DNA of 64,000 nt from Macrostomum lignano. Taxonomy: Eukaryota. Under the pieces are notes generated by a model. The model did not search any database. It saw nothing but the letters and a program-made list of their open reading frames with translations, and was not told the DNA's origin. Shown piece by piece: positions 60,965-64,000 of the stretch (position 1 is its first letter; each line of letters opens with the position of its first letter). The translations under genes and the position numbers were made by a program. The stretch spans positions 62,001-126,000 of the forward strand of contig NIVC01000803.1 in assembly GCA_002269645.1 (NCBI GenBank), given 5' to 3'.

Positions 60965-63487
60965 AGTGCAATAATCCTTGGTTTATTAATAGCAATAATC
61001 CTTGATTAATCAAGTGCAATAATCCTTGGTTTATCAAGTGCAATAATCCTTGGTTTATCAAGTGCAGTAATCTTTGGCTTATCAAGTGCAATAATCCTTG
61101 GTTTATCAAGTGCAATAATCCTTTGTTTATCAAGTGCAATAATCCTTGGTTTATCAAGTGTAATAATCCTTGGTTTATTAAGTGCAATAATCCTTGGTTT
61201 ATCAAGTGCAATAATCCTTGGTTTATCTAGCGCAGTAATCCTTGGCTTATCAGGTGCAATAATCCTTGGTTTATCAAGTGCAATATTTGTTTATCAAGTG
61301 CAATAATCCTTGGTTTATCAAGTGAAATAATCCTTGGTTTATCAAGTGCAATAATCCTTGGCTTATCAAGTGCAATAATCCTTGGTTTATCAAGTGCAAT
61401 AATCCTTGGTTTATTAAGTGCAATAATCCTTGGTTTATCAAGTGCAATAATCCTTGGTTTATCTAGCGCAGTAATCCTTGGCTTATCAGGTGCAATAATC
61501 CTTGGTTTATCAAGTGCAATATTTGTTTATCAAGTGCAATAATCCTTGGTTTATCAAGTGAAATAATCCTTGGTTTATCAAGTGCAATAATCCTTGGCTT
61601 ATCAACTGCAATAATCCTTGGTTTATCAAGCGCAGTAATCTTTGGCCTATCAAGTGCAATAATCCTTGGTTTATCAAGTGCAATAATCCTTGGTTTATCA
61701 AGTGCAATAATCCTTGGTTTATCAAGTGCAATAATCCTTGGCTTATCAACTGCAATAATCCTTGGTTTATCAAGTGCAATAGTCCTTGGTTTATCAAGCG
61801 CAGTAATCCTTGGCCTATCAAGTGCAATAATCCTTGGCTTATCAAGTGCAATAATCCTTGGTTTATCAAGTGCAATAATCCTTGGTTTATCAAGTGCAGT
61901 AATCCTTGGCCTATCAAGTGCAATAATCCTTGGTTTGCCAAGAGCAATAATCCTTAGTTTATCGAGTGCAGTAATCCTTAGTTTTCCAAGTGCAGTAATC
62001 CTTGGTTTATTAAGAGCAATAATCCTTGGCTTATCGAGTGCAGTAATCCTTGGTTTGCCAAGAGCAATAATCCTTGGTTTATCAAGTGCAATAATCCTTG
62101 GTTTATCAAGTGCAATAATCCTTGGTTTATCAAGTGCAATAATCCTTGGTTTATCAGATGCAATAATCCTTGGCTTATCAACTGCAATAATCCTTGGTTT
62201 ATCAGATGCAATAATCCTTGGCTTATCAACTGCAATAATCCTTGGTTTATCAAGTGCAATAATCCTTGGTTTATCAAGCGCAGTAATCTTTGGCCTATCA
62301 AGTGCAATAATCCTTGGTTTATCAAGTGCAATAATCCTTGGTTTATCAAGTGCAATAATCTTTGGTTTATCAGATGCAATAATCCTTGGCTTATCAACTG
62401 CAATAATCCTTGGTTTATCAAGTGCAATAATCCTTGGCTTATCAAGTGCAATAATCCTTGGTTTATCAAGCGCAGTAATCTTTGGCCTATCAAGTGCAAT
62501 AATCCTTGGTTTATCAAGTGCAGTAATCCTTGGCCTATCAAGTGCAATAATCCTTGGTTTATCAAGTGCAATAGTCTTTGGTTTATCGAGTGCAGTAATC
62601 CTTAGTTTTCCAAGTGCAGTAGTCCTTGGTTTATTAATATCAATAATCCTTGAATAATCCAGTGCATTAATCCTTGGCTTATCAAGTGCAACATTCTTTA
62701 CTATCAAGTGCAATAATCCATGGCTTATCAAGTGCAATAATCCTTGGCTTATCAAGTGCAATAATCCTTGGTTTATCAAGTGCAATAATCCTTTGTTTAT
62801 CAAGTGCAATAATCCTTTGTTTATCAAGTGCAATAATCCTTTGTTTATCAAGTGCAATAATCCTTGGTTTATCAAGCGCAGTAATCCTTGGCTTATCAAG
62901 TGCAATAATCCTTGGTTTATCAAGTGCAATAATCCTTGGTTTATCAAGCGCAGTAATCTTTGGCCTATCAAGTGCAATAGTCCTTGGTTTATCGAGTGCA
63001 GTAATCCTTGGTTTTCCAAGTGCAATAATCCTTGGCTTCTTGAGTGCAGTAATCCTTGGTTTGCCAAGAGCAATAGTCCTTGGTTTATCGAGTGCAGTAA
63101 TCCTTGGTTTTCCAAGTGCAGTAATCCTTGGTTTATTAATAGCAATAATCCTTGGCTTCTTGAGTGCAGTAATCCTTGGTTTGCCAAGAGCAATAGTCCT
63201 TGGTTTATCGAGTGCATTAATCCTTGGTTTTCCAAGTGCAATAATTCTTGGCTTCTTGAGTGCAGTAATCCTTGGTTTGCCAAGAGCAATAGTCCTTGGT
63301 TTATCGAGTGCAGTAATCCTTGGTTTTCCAAGTGCCGTAATCCTTGGTTTATTAATAGCAATAATCCTTGATTAATCAAGTGCAGTAATCTTTGGTTTGC
63401 CAAGAGCAATAGTCCTTGGTTTATCGAGTGCAGTAGTCCTTGGTTTATTAATAGCAATAATCCTTGGCTTATCGAGTGCAGTAATCT
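60965..63487. repeat. 24-bp minisatellite (ATCAAGTGCAATAATCCTTGGTTT), about 105 units
   Basis: Read directly; 8-aa period in the ORFs. Confidence 0.95.
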
Positions 63488-63554
63488 AAGTGTTTTTATT
63501 TAGTCCTTTAATAAAACCTTTTAATAAAAAATTTTACACTACTACTTTTAAACT

Positions 63555-64000
63555 ACTTAGATTCGAACCTAGGTCGCTGCATTAGCAGTCTGGTCTGTTC
63601 AGCTCTAGGCTAGCTCTCATCGAAGTTATCAGTGATGTTGTACCACTTATATAATTCAACACTCACACCAAGTCAGGTAGAGTAAAAAGTCTCACGAAGC
63701 AGTTATGACATAATCAATTTCTTAGGCAAGTCAGTACCAGTGTCTATGAAAGTTTACAATATGGTTACGTAATATAAATTCAGTACTGCGCTATGCTTTC
63801 ACACTCAAAGCTGTGACGCAATTCAATTGAGTGTCAAATTCAGCCAGTACACAGACGATAAATAAAGTGTATTGTGATGCAATCTATTTCAGAATCAGAA
63901 TTCAACCAGTCAGTTTTTCTGCTAGCATTCTTACGATGCATTTCAAGTCGAAAGAGCTGCTTGACCTTTGCAAAAAAGCATGTTTTTCGAATATTTAATC
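63555..64000. mobile_element. Second copy of the 59630 dispersed core (runs off the window)
   Basis: Shared blocks such as ATAATCAATTTCT and GTGATGYAATCT...CAGTCAGTTTTT...TGCATTTCAAGTC...GCTTGACCTTTGC.AAAAAGCATGTTTTTC.AATATTT.ATC. Confidence 0.7.

Noticed and set aside
57590-63457. LRR-like (LHLINQGL)n, (ALDKPRII)n and (GGCLLS)n ORFs up to 664 aa
   Set aside because: 18- and 24-bp arrays with units divisible by three, open on both strands, with no unique flanking coding sequence.

Overview
Eukaryotic (animal) genomic DNA with spliceosomal GT-AG introns and a very heavy repeat load. GC-rich, Gln-rich exons, minisatellite-filled introns and tRNA-derived SINEs are consistent with a free-living flatworm such as Macrostomum lignano, but this is inferred from style only. 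Six protein-coding loci were reconstructed by eye. Four lie head-to-tail on the minus strand: a moonraker/KIAA0753-like gene, a class II (plant PRS3/4-type) PRPP synthetase, WASHC5/strumpellin (8 coding exons, one 1-nt frameshift) and the 5' end of a COA7-like Sel1-repeat gene. The other two are a plus-strand BTB-BTB-BACK gene with a jacalin-like tail and a minus-strand 850-aa polyQ protein of unknown function. Mobile DNA includes a 5'-truncated RT+RNase H LINE abutting a tRNA-SINE, a Mutator-like transposase remnant with TIRs and TSD, hAT-type MITEs, and several foldback-type TIR elements. The most striking pattern is that some long tandem arrays are the subterminal repeats of TIR transposons that expanded in only one arm (12191-14779, 52834-56154), with an unexpanded sister element at 56281-57008. 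Most ORFs in the supplied track are artefacts of tandem repeats. There is no CRISPR array, rRNA or intact tRNA gene. All homology calls come from remembered family motifs, not database searches.
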